Assembly: GCA_964016885.1 (NCBI GenBank)
Contig: OZ024740.1
Span: 416,578,001-416,642,000 of the forward strand
DNA: 64,000 nt
Direction: 5' to 3'
Origin: Eledone cirrhosa
Lineage: Eukaryota
Shown here: one piece after another, positions 25,474 to 39,448 of the stretch
How the letters are laid out: the number at the start of each line of letters is the position of its first letter
How positions within the stretch are numbered: position 1 is the stretch's first letter
Made by a program: the position numbers and the translations under genes
The notes under the pieces: generated by a model
The model's database searches: none
Seen by the model: only the letters and a program-made list of their open reading frames with translations
What the model was told of the DNA's origin: nothing

Positions 25474-25520
25474 TGCTTACAGCTGTTTCCTCCAAACCGA
25501 GGTTTGGATTCTTCGGAGCA
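25474..25520 (-). ncRNA. Type I hammerhead, U4C core (left arm)
   Basis: Mirror image of 27146-27192. Confidence 0.8.
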
Positions 25521-27145
25521 ATTTATTAATGCATGGACAGTTATATGACCTCCTTTTCAGCCGAGAGACATACCAATACATATTCAAACATTGATACATA
25601 TTCAAACATTGTGGGTCAACATTCATTACAGAATTTAGAGTGGCAGTACACACTTCGAGATTACATTTATATTAATAGGTACAATCAAAAATCAAAAATA
25701 TAGGTTAAAATACAACATGGAGATAAGCGGTTATATAGTGCAAATGTTATATGTGTGGCACGCATGTGCGTCTTGTTTATATAGTGTGGCAGAGAGATAT
25801 GTGTGGTAGAGGCACTTAGGTAGGTAAATAAGAGTGTTAGGTTGGTAGATCTGGTGGCAAATTCTTTATATGATTGATATAGTCTGTGTGTGGAGAAATA
25901 TTATAAGCATTAAAGATAGTGCAAGCCTTAAAAGTGTTATAAGTATTGGAGATGCACAGCGCAGGGATGTCAAGTATTTCATGTACTTCGGCATTTTCAT
26001 GGTCAGGGAGTGTATTTTTCGATTATATGCCCTTCACATAATCCACGACAATCCAGTTAGAGATCGTAGTCTGGTGTTCTTTAGTTCGATACAGGAGGTT
26101 GTTACGTTTCGAGAGACGCCATTGAATACCGCCCGGAAGTGTGTGTGTGGCTAAGGGGAGTTAATGCATGCGGGGAGGTAACTCTGGGGTTTCTATATCT
26201 AGCCATTAAAGTGTGTCCCAATATACACCCTAAATTCTATGGTGATGCGCATCTTCCAAGAGAAATTTTTAAAGCATAAAGTGTATTAACTATAGAGTAG
26301 TTTAATTAAGTTATGCTGAAGGTGATCATATTATTATGATCACCTTCAGCATAACTTAATTAAACTACTCTATAGTTAATACACTTTATGCTTTAAAAAT
26401 TTCTCTTGGAAGATGCGCATCACCATAGAATTTAGGGTCTATATTGGGACACACTTTAATGGCTAGATATAGAAACCCCAGAGTTACCTCCCCGCATGCA
26501 TTAACTCCCCTTAGCCACACACACACTTCCGGGCGGTATTCAATGGCGTCTCTCGAAACGTAACAACCTCCTGTATCGAACTAAAGAACACCAGACTACG
26601 ATCTCTAACTGGATTGTCGTGGATTATGTGAAGGGCATATAATCGAAAAATACACTCCCCTGACCATGAAAATGCCGAAGTACATGAAATACTTGACATC
26701 CCTGCGCTGTGCATCTCCAATACTTATAACACTTTTAAGGCTTGCACTATCTTTAATGCTTATAATATTTCTCCACACACAGACTATATCAATCATATAA
26801 AGAATTTGCCACCAGATCTACCAACCTAACACTCTTATTTACCTACCTAAGTGCCTCTACCACACATATCTCTCTGCCACACTATATAAACAAGATGCAC
26901 ATGCGTGCCACACATATAACATTTGCACTATATAACCGCTTATCTCCATGTTGTATTTTAACCTATATTTTTGATTTTTGATTGTACCTATTAATATAAA
27001 TGTAATCTCGAAGTGTGTACTGCCACTCTAAATTCTGTAATGAATGTTGACCCACAATGTTTGAATATGTATCAATGTTTGAATATGTATTGGTATGTCT
27101 CTCGGCTGAAAAGGAGGTCATATAACTGTCCATGCATTAATAAAT

Positions 27146-27192
27146 TGCTCCGAAGAATCCAAACCTCGGTTTGGAGGAAACAGCTGTAAGCA
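27146..27192 (+). ncRNA. Type I hammerhead, U4C core (right arm)
   Basis: TGCT-CCGAAGA-A TCCAAAC ctcg GTTTGGA G-GAAA-CAGCTG-TA|AGCA, with distal CATTA/TAATG extension. Confidence 0.8.
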
Positions 27193-27227
27193 CAATAATG
27201 TTTTGAACAGTTCTTTGATTCTTATAC

Positions 27228-27282
<55 letters not shown>

Positions 27283-27373
27283 CCAAGGAATTGTGGTAAG
27301 GAACCAGGTGGACCATAACGCACCAGAGTACTCAATACTTAGGGTAGTAGAGTGGGAAATAGGAAAAAGTATG

Positions 27374-27471
27374 ACCCCCGACGGCAGAGCTCAAGCCGTT
27401 TTGACGGCTATTTCTGGACTAAATTTGAATGTTTAGCCTGGTGAATAAATAGCCGAACTTGTGAAGGGGGT
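27374..27471 (-). ncRNA. Family G hammerhead-like fold, decayed core
   Basis: ACCCCC-TTCACAA-GTTCGGCTATTT..AAATAGCCGTC-AAAA-CGGC..GCCG-TC|GGGGGT. All three helices are present. Lies within insert 27281-27651, which ends in a 38-bp palindrome (27614-27651). Confidence 0.55.
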
Positions 27472-28059
27472 ACTTCATTATATGGGAAGATTGTAGTTGT
27501 CAAGAGGACTGGTTGAAATTTGTTGTAAACACAAATAAGTCTATCATGGCATTTGGTGGGAGGTAGGGGTGGCTGAACTTGCCAGTAGAACAATAGGGGA
27601 GTGAGTGGAGCGGTCAAGCGTTGAAAGTAATATATTACTTTCAACGCTTGAGTGGATTTTCAACAAGGAAGAAGATTTAACTATCTCTGTTTACACAGTA
27701 AATTCAAATCTGCGAATGACTAGCAGCACGTGTTGCATTCTTTTTAAATACACACATCATACCAGCTTCATCCCAGTGGCGTGAATAGGGTTATCAACAA
27801 CTAGAAATAGCAGCCGAGTCCTTTCAACTGAGTTAGCTCTACAATTAATGGGCCGTATATATATGCAACATTAAATTAAGGGTGTCATGTCAGAGAGACA
27901 TGCGCCATATCCACTGTAAAATATGCTCCAAGATTCCAATGAATAGATCCGAGCATTTTATATCAACTAGAAATTGATTGACATATATATATATATATAT
28001 ATAAAATAAACATGTGGATATGGCGCATGTCTCTCTGACATGACACCCTTAATTTAATT

Positions 28060-28413
<354 letters not shown>

Positions 28414-28562
28414 CGTGTGTGTGTGTGTGAATGTGCAGCTAAGCACTCAATAAGGTATTTTACCTTGGAGTATTAAGATTACGTTTAGACAGCTTGGCAA
28501 ATTGAAGATTGCGACCGGTAAGCCAGCCGCAAGGACCAAAGCAACGAGAAAACCGACTCGGG

Positions 28563-28639
<77 letters not shown>

Positions 28640-28645
<6 letters not shown>

Positions 28646-29256
28646 ATTAGTATATCTACCAACATATGCGTACAGATGTACACTAATGCTAGCAAATACA
28701 TAAGTTATGTCATAGTACCTAGGTGGTTCAATGCATGCATCCTCCTGCATTGAACCACCTAGGTACTATGACATAACTTATGTATTTGCTAGCATTAGTG
28801 TACATCTGTACGCATATGTTGGTAGATATACTAATTCTCTATACTTATCTCCAAATTATTTATTTGTTGAGCAAACCTGCCAAATCCACTACTAATTCAC
28901 TGGTGTGGTAGTAGGCTTTTGTCATTTTACCACCCCACTCCTTCCGACTAGCCTCAGTGTCACGTGATTGATTCTTAAGAATCTGCCATTTGACCAGAGA
29001 CAGTGAACTTTTTCAGTGCATAGAATTCAGTCCCCGCTAGCTGTTCCATCCACCGAATTATTATTTTTATATGAGTCCCTAGTGTCCGCGCATTGCCTGG
29101 AGACTTAGCTGAGAATAGACTCCCTGATGACGTAATGAATTCTCGATGGTTACATTACGTAACTATCTTTATCCCATTACAGAAACTAATTAGTTGGAGT
29201 GAAAATTTTAGTAAGTAAGTTAATTTTTAATTTTTAAAATTTTCTTATTTTACGTC

Positions 29257-29260
<4 letters not shown>
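28640..29260 (+). mobile_element. pLTR insert with 5' fold-back (28640-28840) and HHR
   Basis: ~95-bp perfect arms around loop tgcatcctcc; ends at (TA)n. Confidence 0.75.
29119..29200 (+). ncRNA. Type I hammerhead with long helix II
   Basis: ACTCC-CTGATGA-cGTAATG..GATGGTTAC attac GTAACTATC..CATTACa-GAAA-CTAATTAG-TT|GGAGT. Confidence 0.8.
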
Positions 29261-29319
<59 letters not shown>

Positions 29320-29463
29320 ATCGGAGAAGGCTAATAGCGATACTCCGGCCAAATTCCAACTCACTCAACAAACATTAGGAATTACCTGAGTATATTCCTA
29401 ATTAAACGTTCGGGGTGCTAACTAATTGTATTGTGTGGAAAATTGGCTATCATTTCATATGAG

Positions 29464-29527
<64 letters not shown>

Positions 29528-29569
29528 CTCATATGAAATGATAGCCAACTCGGAGAAAACCGACTCGGG

Positions 29570-29642
<73 letters not shown>

Positions 29643-30151
29643 ATTAGTATATCTACCAACATATGCGTACAGATGTACACTAATGCTAGCAAATACATAA
29701 GTTATGTCATAGTACCTAGGTGGTTCAATGCATGCATCCTCCTGCATTGAACCACCTAGGTACTATGACATAACTTATGTATTTGCTAGCATTAGTGTAC
29801 ATCGTACTGCCTCTCTGTTCTGTCCCTGTTCAATTTTTCATTATATATATATATATATATACACACACAATTAAATACAAATATAGAACTATTTCAAATA
29901 AGGCTCAGCATTGACTAAAGGGAAGATCATAGTAAAGTACTTTAAAATAAGAAACTTTATACGTGTCTCACTGCTGGGATAAATTTCTTGTCAAGCGGCC
30001 TAAATCTAGAGGGCTTAACAAATTCATTATATATATATATATATATACATGTGTGGGTGTGTTAGTAAAAGGTAAACAGAGATAACAAAGCAAACGACAG
30101 TGTATAGTGAAGAAATATATTAGTTTAACGCTTGAAATAATAAGAAAAGTG

Positions 30152-30187
30152 TCTTTATGTTTCGAACACTAGTCCTTCATCAGAAGA
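30152..30187 (-). ncRNA. Minimal hammerhead
   Basis: TCTT-CTGATGA-A-GGAC tagt GTTC-GAAA-CA-TA|AAGA. Confidence 0.7.
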
Positions 30188-30656
30188 TAGAATAATAAAT
30201 AAAATATGAAATAGAAAGATAGAGAGTGAGAAGAGGAAAAAAATGAAAATAAAAAACACATATGCGTTGTCAGTCAGCCATATATATATGTATCCAGTCC
30301 AATCTAATCCAGGTCCTTCATACTCCTGTTGGAGGAATCCATCTCTGGTCGACCTCCACCAATTTCTATAAGGTTTGGGTCATGTCAGCGGTGTAGCCAT
30401 ACTCACCACTCTTGGCCAATTGAGGGTTGGTGAGGTTATTTAACCCACAGTTGGCGATGGATGGTCGTTGACTCTGAAGAGTTCATCAACTCTTTTAACA
30501 GCTCTTGCTTTTTCAGTGTTGCTGGAGTTCCACTGACACTCCCCACCAGACTCTTGTTTGGTGGGGAGCCGGTTTAGTCATGACCACTCGACCATGAAGC
30601 TGGTTGTACTGAAGTACATGGTACCAGTAGCAGGCAGAAGCCTGACCAAATATATA

Positions 30657-30790
30657 TCTGTATATATATATAAAATTAAGTGTGTGTGTGTGTCTGTGTG
30701 TGTGTGTATGTGTATGTGTGTGTGTGTGCGTGTGCGCGTGTGTGTGTGTGTGTGTGTCTGTGTGTGTGTGTGTATGTGTGTATGTGTGTA

Positions 30791-30824
<34 letters not shown>

Positions 30825-31005
30825 CGTGTGTGTGTGTGTGTGTCTGTGTGTGTGTGTGTCTGTGTGTGTGTGTGTGTATGTGTGTATGTGTGTATGTGTG
30901 TGTGTGTGTGCGTGTGCGTGTGTGTGTGTGTGTCTGTGTGTGTGTGTCTGTGTGTGTGTGTGTATGTGTGTATGTGTGTATGTGTGTGTGTGTGTGTGTG
31001 TGCGT

Positions 31006-31062
<57 letters not shown>

Positions 31063-31968
31063 TATGTGTGTGTGTGTGTGTGCGTGTGCGTGTGCGTGTG
31101 TGTGTGTGTGTGTGTCTGTGTGTGTGTGTGTCTGTGTGTGTGTGTGTGTATGTGTGTATGTGTGTCTGTGTGTGTGTGTGTGTATGTGTGTATGTGTGTA
31201 TGTGTGTGTGTGTATGTGCGCGTGTGCGCGTGTGTGTGTGTGTCTGTGTGTCTGTGTGTGTGTGTGTCTGTGTGTGTGTATGTGTGTATGTGTGTGTGTG
31301 TCTGTATGTGTGTGTGTGTGTCTGTGTATTACCTATAGGGGCCTACCTACATCTTACGACCGATTTTCATGTAACTTTACAGGCTCATAGATTAATCATC
31401 GGGGAATGTTTTCTATATATCAGCGTATCGTTTTTTTTTTTATTCCGGGGTCATTCTGCAGATAAAAATTGATAGGGAGGTCACCTTTTTTTAGGTATCG
31501 AAAAGTAAGATTTTTGGCTCCCACATTTTGCCACCGATTTCGTTCAAATTTTACACTACGCTAGATCTGATTATTTCACGTCTTAAAGTGGCTTTACATT
31601 TTGGATCTTTTGCTCAGGAACGACGTGGCAGCCGCTTAAATGTTCGAAAGTACCACCTTTTCGCTCAAATTTCCGCCTTTTCGGCTCTAGCTTCTACATT
31701 TTTCAACCGTTTTCGTTCAAATTAGAAACTTCGGCTCCACCTCATACATAAATCAATTTATTTGGTTCAACTTTTATACTACGATAAAACCTATCATTAG
31801 CTCCCACATTTTTAAACCGATTTCCTTCAAAATAGAAACTTCGGCTCCACCTCACACATAAATCAATTTATTTGGTTCAACTTTTATACTACGATAGAAC
31901 CTATCATTGCACATTTTATAGATGGTCAAAGGCAAAACGATGGCCACTGACGCCGTCTGAGCTTTTAG
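30657..31968 (+). mobile_element. Non-autonomous Helitron-like element with ~650-bp compound (TG)n
   Basis: A|TCTGTATATATATATAAAA start resembles the other Helitrons here; subterminal hairpin GATGGC..GCCGTC followed by TTAG|T. Confidence 0.55.
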
Positions 31969-31984
31969 TTATGTATTTGAGAAT

Positions 31985-32164
31985 TCATCGGTTTCCAATC
32001 AAGTAGCGTGAGGAAATTTGGCTTAGTGGTACCTGCTCGACGGCGGGAAGCACTCGTCCAACGCTCTGAAGAAGAGGCCTGGTACATTGCAGCATACATG
32101 CTTCGAATACGGCGCGTTAAACCATGTAATGTTCTTAGACTTTGTCCTATTCCGTCGTCTGTGT

Positions 32165-32230
<66 letters not shown>

Positions 32231-34438
32231 ATGTGTGTTGGGTCAGGTGTCCGTCCGGGGGTTGTGTCTGCCTGTTATTTCGTCCCCTATGTTGCCGCTA
32301 TCTATATATCTACCGTATGCGTCGGGGTTTCGCCGTTCGCTTACTGAAGTATTCCGTTCTATATTGTCAGCTCTACTGGTAGTTAATGCTATCTGGTGCT
32401 GTTGTCGAGGCTATTTCGTTGCTACTGTTCCGGGTGTTTCTTCTAACTGTCCCTAGTTCTAGTGTCCGCGTCGCGTATTGTGTCCGTGCCGGATTCCGTT
32501 TGCGTGTACTACGTGGTCTGCCGTCCACGTGTGCCTTCGTCTGTCTTAGTGTCAGTCTTGCATCCTTGCGGTAATCTATACTGCTACTCCTATTCCTAGA
32601 TGCTAGTTCCGGGTTGTTCTGTCTACCTATGGAAGTACTATTGCTATCCTCATATCCGGGTGCCTCGCCGCTAGGCCCTTCCCTGTGCGGGTGTACACTA
32701 TGGCTTTTGTGTAACCGTCCCTGTGCAGTGCCGCATTATAATAGTCGGCGTGCTGGTTAAACACGTCTGCGTTAGCCGACAGGGTGGATAGGCGTTTGGA
32801 TACCCCTTTTACTATGGCGTCTATGACGGACTTGGGGTGGTTCGAGTGCCTGTTCACATATTGCAGGTTCTCGTTGGGCTTGTGGCATGGTCGGTGTGTG
32901 CCCGTATTCAGTTCCAGAGTAACATCAAGGAAATTCACAGTCTTAGTGCTAGGATCTATCAGCACGGATAACTCGTGTTGCTTAAAAAAATGTGATATGC
33001 GCTTCCTCATACACTCCAGCTGGCTGAGGTTTAGGGAGCGGAAGGTAAATAGTGCGTCGTCTCTATATATTCCTCCGCCGATCCTTGAGATCTCCTTCGC
33101 TAGCCTTTAGAGGAGATATATTTCCACCAGGTCCATCACCTGCACAGAGTCACTCGACCCCATAGTAATATCGAAACTGTCGGGTCTGTCTCTCCTCTCC
33201 CATAATTTATTGTCGAAGCTAATTAGCGTCTTTCTCGCTGCTATTATGATGTTTGCTTCCTCTCTAGTGAGGATGGACTTAGCCATGGCGCTCATGAGGG
33301 CCTTGTTCACGATTACTGGTGATACGGACGCGTAGTAATTCGCTATGTCCAATTGAATGAAATTTACCTGTTGCTTGCTATCTAATAGCGAGAACCAGTC
33401 AATTACCTCCTTCGTGGAGGTCCATAAGCTAAGCCTAATTTTATTCCTAAGTACCGGTAGTATCCTATCTATGATATTCTTGCTGGCCCTACCTAGGTCC
33501 GATTTGGAGGGTGCTATTAACCTAACGGGAAGATTTGTCCTAAAGTCTAATTTGTGATCTTTAATGGATATCCGCGGTTTTCTGGGTACATAGGGTTCTG
33601 TCCTATCATCCATTTCTAGCCCTGTCGTTACTTTTTTGGTCGTGGCGTTGATGTTATCTAGGTTGTCCTGTCATGTGGTCCTATAGTTTTTCCTAACCTC
33701 TTTCCCGATGCAGTCGTTGTATTTAAATTGGTCAAGCATGTATACATTACCAGTTTTGTCCGAGGGCACAAGTAAATCCGGGCATCCTTCCATGCTTTTG
33801 ATTGTGGAGCTGAGTTTCCTGAGGTATTCATTATTGCGTGTATTATTCCTTCGGAATTTGATGTTTCGGACGATACTGACGATACGGTTTTCAAATTCTT
33901 CCAGCAGTGCGTTATGTGGTGGATGTCGTCTTGATTTGAAAATCCGTTTCAGGCGGTCGTGAGGATTGTCGTGTGCGTGCTGCTGGATCCTTCTGTCGAA
34001 GTGGAATGTGTCTAAGGAGTTGGTGTGGTGGATGAATAGGCTCATGTAAATGTTGTCAGAAAGGATAGGGATGTCCTTTAAAGAGGAATAGTACTGGAAT
34101 TTCTTCATGGCGATTCGCTGCCAGCGCTCTACTTGTAAAGGAGCGAAATATAGGTCTAATGGTAGCTAAGTTGCTTCCATAGGCGGTATGTCGGTTGAGC
34201 ACTCTATGCTCCTACGGAGCAGAGTATGATAGAATGGAAAACGAAAAATCAGTGATGCATCGGAACTAAATTTATTGTGTGTTACAATTGCTTCCCCGGC
34301 GAACAGCTCGAGGGGCGATTTGTGTGTGGATCGACCTGATTCTGGATTCGCAGGTTCCTCAGACACGTCTATTGATTTCGGAGCATATCCTCTTTCTGGG
34401 GTTTCTGACCCTACGGGTCTATATCGTCCACCTTCATC

Positions 34439-34441
<3 letters not shown>
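31985..34441 (-). mobile_element. Naiad-related PLE, 5'-complete, frameshifted, GIY-YIG end missing
   Basis: ATG at 34108 (YSSLKDIP..), SDKTGN.Y, RLIAPSKSDLGR, YRDD at ~33060, NFLDVT, SNHP, ITWFNAPY; colinear with the 14300 element. Confidence 0.85.
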
Positions 34442-34471
<30 letters not shown>

Positions 34472-34475
<4 letters not shown>

Positions 34476-34666
34476 AGAAAGTTCAGGGCCCCGACGGCAG
34501 AGCTCAAGCCGTTTCGACGGCTATTTCTGGACAGAAATAGCCGTCGAAACGGCTTGAGCTCTGCCGTTGGGGTCCTGAACTTTCTCCTATTACCCACTCT
34601 ACTACCCAAAGTATCGAGTACTCTGATGCGTTATGGTCCACCTGGTTCCTTACTACACTGCCTTCG

Positions 34667-34669
<3 letters not shown>
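34472..34669. mobile_element. Fold-back pLTR insert, family G
   Basis: Palindrome centred near 34530, between (TA)n tracts. Confidence 0.8.
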
Positions 34670-34716
<47 letters not shown>

Positions 34717-35061
34717 TCTCCCACTCTCTCTCTCGCTCATTACCTCCTTTCTCCCGAGAAAAAAGGAGAGAGAGGGGAGGAGAGACACACACACACACAT
34801 ATATATATTCCCTCCTTTGTTTTCCCAATAACTTACCTAGTTATTGAACGCGCTGGGGTTAGATATCTTGTCTTTAATGCGTAGAAATATCTGAGACCCC
34901 CAGCAGACAACTGATGAGGAAAACTTCTTCCGTTCATGCTTTCTTATTATTTTTAAGTATACCTTATCTAGCAAATACACAGCCACCTCTCTTCTTCATA
35001 TATGTTGTGTATATATATATATATACACACACAAACACACACACACACGTACATACGTATA

Positions 35062-36407
<1,346 letters not shown>

Positions 36408-36409
36408 TT

Positions 36410-37938
36410 CAGTGGCAGCTCGTGGTTAAAATTAGTGCGAGTGCTGCTTAAGAAATGATTACCCATTGTTTTAATATTGTGTAAAACGAAAGAAACATAT
36501 AAAATGAAAATTTAAACATAAACTTAATAAAATCCGAAACGAAAAATTATTTTTTTCTTACTAATAAATTGTTACAGTTCAAATTTGATCCATTCATTTA
36601 AAAATGAAATCATTCTTCTTGAAAAGGTTAATAATTTTCTCTTGATCCCTGGATGACTGTTGAGGAAATTTTTCTCCATTGAAAGCACTTCAAGTGCATT
36701 TAGTCTTTTAGGATTCATGGTGCTCCTTAGAAAAGTTTTTATTCTTTTCGTTCTGGCTCTGATGTTGTCATGGGAATCGTCAAGAGGATTTTTATCAGTT
36801 TCGTAATTTCACTAAGAACACCATCTAGATTATTTTTCAAGTTAAATTTCAGCAGCTCAATTAATTTGCAATATTCATGCATATCGGATCTACAATAGAA
36901 TACTTTTAGTTTAGTTTCAAGCTTTTCTTTGTCAATCATGGGATCAGTACTATATCTTCTGTAGGCAGTTCATCCTTAAAACTAGTGAAGCTTTTTTGTT
37001 AAATTATTTACCAGCTAACTAAGTGTTTAGTGAAAGAATATCTGTCTATCATATCAACATATATGTAGTCACATACTTCCTTTGCTTCTGCCATGAATGT
37101 CTTTGAAGGATTCTCACAGTACTTCGAGATTCTTATTTCTAAAATAGCAATCTGTATGTTAAAGTTCTACCTTGTATAGGATGGACGTGGAATGCTGACG
37201 TCTATATGCTTCTTGAGAATGGATACACGTTGTGGTAATCTTGAGAAGAACGCTGGAATAGCCAAAATGTTAGAGAAAAATATTCTTGCGGTCGGTCTGT
37301 GTAATACTTGCTGCATTTCTCATTATTAAATTAAGTGATGTACATAACACTGGACGAAATGTGCATTACTGTAAACTGCTTTTATTTTTGCTTGAACTCC
37401 TACTTTTTTTTGCCTTTCATGACATTTGTACCATCAAATGTCTGAGCTATCAGTTTTTGTCCATTTCCTTGAAGGATTATCTCTAATTGTTCTAGAATAC
37501 GTTTTGATATGCCATCTGCATTTTAATTTTCTGGAATAAAGAATCCCCCAAAATGCTCAAATATTTCTTAATTCAACAGGTACGGTAGAACAATGACCAT
37601 TTCAGTATGTTCCGAAATATCTGTTGTGTCATCGGCCATGAGCGACAGTGCTCTCTCTAACTAGCGTGTAGCTTCTTTCCTTAGACGTGCGCGCGTGCGC
37701 ACAACAACCAAACCACGCATCATTGGAACTGTGAAGCACACAGTACCATACAAGGATTTTTGTAATTTTTCATGAACGAGGGGATGGCTACTTACATCAA
37801 TCTTAAGGATTATATAATGTACAAGTATAAAGAAAGAATCAAAGAAAAAAAGACTCATTATATTGAATGTTATCGATAATATCGAGTGAAAATAGGGGTC
37901 GCTGTAGTTTGGCAGCGCCTATACACGAGCAGCCACTG
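36410..37938 (-). mobile_element. Decayed hAT DNA transposon
   Basis: TIRs CAGTGGCAGCTCGTG / CACGAGCAGCCACTG (14/15); dimerisation-domain remnant LLTIPMTTSEPER..IKTFLRSTM..RLN.L..LSME. TSD not recognisable. Confidence 0.8.
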
Positions 37939-38769
37939 GTGAATGGAGTAGCAATAGAATGGAGAGTAGATGTAGCGATGGAATGAATTGGTTTGAGTTG
38001 TTGTTCATTTGAACATGGCAAAGGTTGTAGTTCTTTGTGTTGCTGGTTTGATGGATGATTATAAAGAAGGTAAAATTTGTCCCATAATAAAGCGCTATGT
38101 GGAATGGCTTTTAAAAAATCTTATCTCTTAAAACCCTAAGTTGGCCAGTTTCTCCAGACTACAGATGCCAACCAGAGATAAGGGAAAATAGCACCCAGGT
38201 GTTATTTGTGGGTCAGTGTCTGTGGAGAGATTTCGCTACATTAGTTTCCTACCCTGATAGATGCAAAACCAGCGATCGATAATAGAAGAGGTAGCAAAAT
38301 GCTAGAATATGATTTGGAAAATGTAGGATCGAGATGGTTGACGGCGTATCTGAACAGCCGATATTCCACAGTCAGTTTGGAATAGTGATTGAAACTAGTT
38401 TCGCCGTAAAAATAGCGGCAGGTTTGTCGCACCTATCTCGACGTGGTTATGCCTAAAAGCTTATTCTGTAACTGCGTAACCAATTAATTAAGAAAGGATA
38501 GGGAAGAACCATCTTGGGAATTCCACATGCTCATCGTGGGATGAATAAATCTCGAAAATGTTTACGCTACATGCACGCATTCCATACTTTCATTTGTATT
38601 TCACAGAAATAGAAGCTTTGACCACTTGATAGAATTCAGGTCCAGTAATGTAAACATACTGTTATGTAATATCTATCTATATTGGAATGTAAACTCTCTC
38701 AATTAATCTCTAAATAATCGTAATAAACAGAGCTTTTTTATTAAATGTGATATTATTTACAGTAACAAT

Positions 38770-39448
38770 AATAATTGTTTCTACTTTTGGCACAAGGCCA
38801 GCAATTATCCCAGTGAATTACTGGTACTTTATTTTATCGACCCCGTAAAGATGAAAGGCAAAGTTAGCCTCGGCGGGATTTGAACTAAAACCATAAAGGG
38901 CCGTAACTCTTTGCTGCAAAGCATGGCGTCCGACTCTCTACTGATACTGCCAATATAATAACAATAATAATAATTGTTTCTACTTTTGGCACAAGGCCAG
39001 CAAAACCAGTACATTACTGGTACTTTATTTTATCGACCCCGTAAAGATGAAAGGCAAAGTTAACCTCGGCGGGATTTGAACTCAGACTGTAATAATAATA
39101 ATGATTTCATTTATTGGCCACAAGGGCCGACATCTAGGGGACAATACAAAGACATGGACAGTGGGGGTTTACAATAAGCTCGAGTAAAAGTGTACAATGG
39201 CAATATTAATTTAACAGTGAAGATATAAATAAATATAAAAATATAAAAAAAAATAAAATATACAAAAAAATATATTAAAAAATATAAAATATATATGATT
39301 TCTAGTAAAGGCACAAGGCCAGTAATTTGGGGGGAGGGGAAAGTCGATTAAATCGACCCCCAGTACATTACTGGTACTTTATTTTATCGACCCCGTAAGG
39401 ATGAAAGCCAAAGTTAACCTCGACGGGATTTGAACTCAGACCGTAAAG
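38770..39448 (-). mobile_element. Three SINE copies plus a Tx1 3' tail fragment
   Basis: SINE cores at ~38770-38955, 38970-39090 and 39298-39448; tttattggccacaaggg at ~39110 is a Tx1-like 3' end. Confidence 0.8.

Larger units (their letters stand above)
25278..27235. mobile_element. 1.8-kb near-perfect palindrome from a PLE 3' end/pLTR
   Basis: Arms 25431-26330 and 26335-27235 with a 4-nt loop; three differences seen by eye. Unique tail 25278-25430; (TA)n on both sides. Confidence 0.9.

Noticed and set aside
25870-26796. Mirror-image ORFs in the large palindrome
   Set aside because: A by-product of the inversion of non-coding 3' UTR sequence; no recognisable domain.
30558-31472. Long ORFs of VC/YI/TH/RE repeats (also 46242-47120 and many short ones)
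   Set aside because: Translations of microsatellites or minisatellites with no coding signal.
34825-34935. CTGATGA next to hairpins (GCTGGGGT/ACCCCCAGC; GGAA/TTCC)
   Set aside because: No GAAA/NUH in a compatible position, so the hammerhead cannot be completed.
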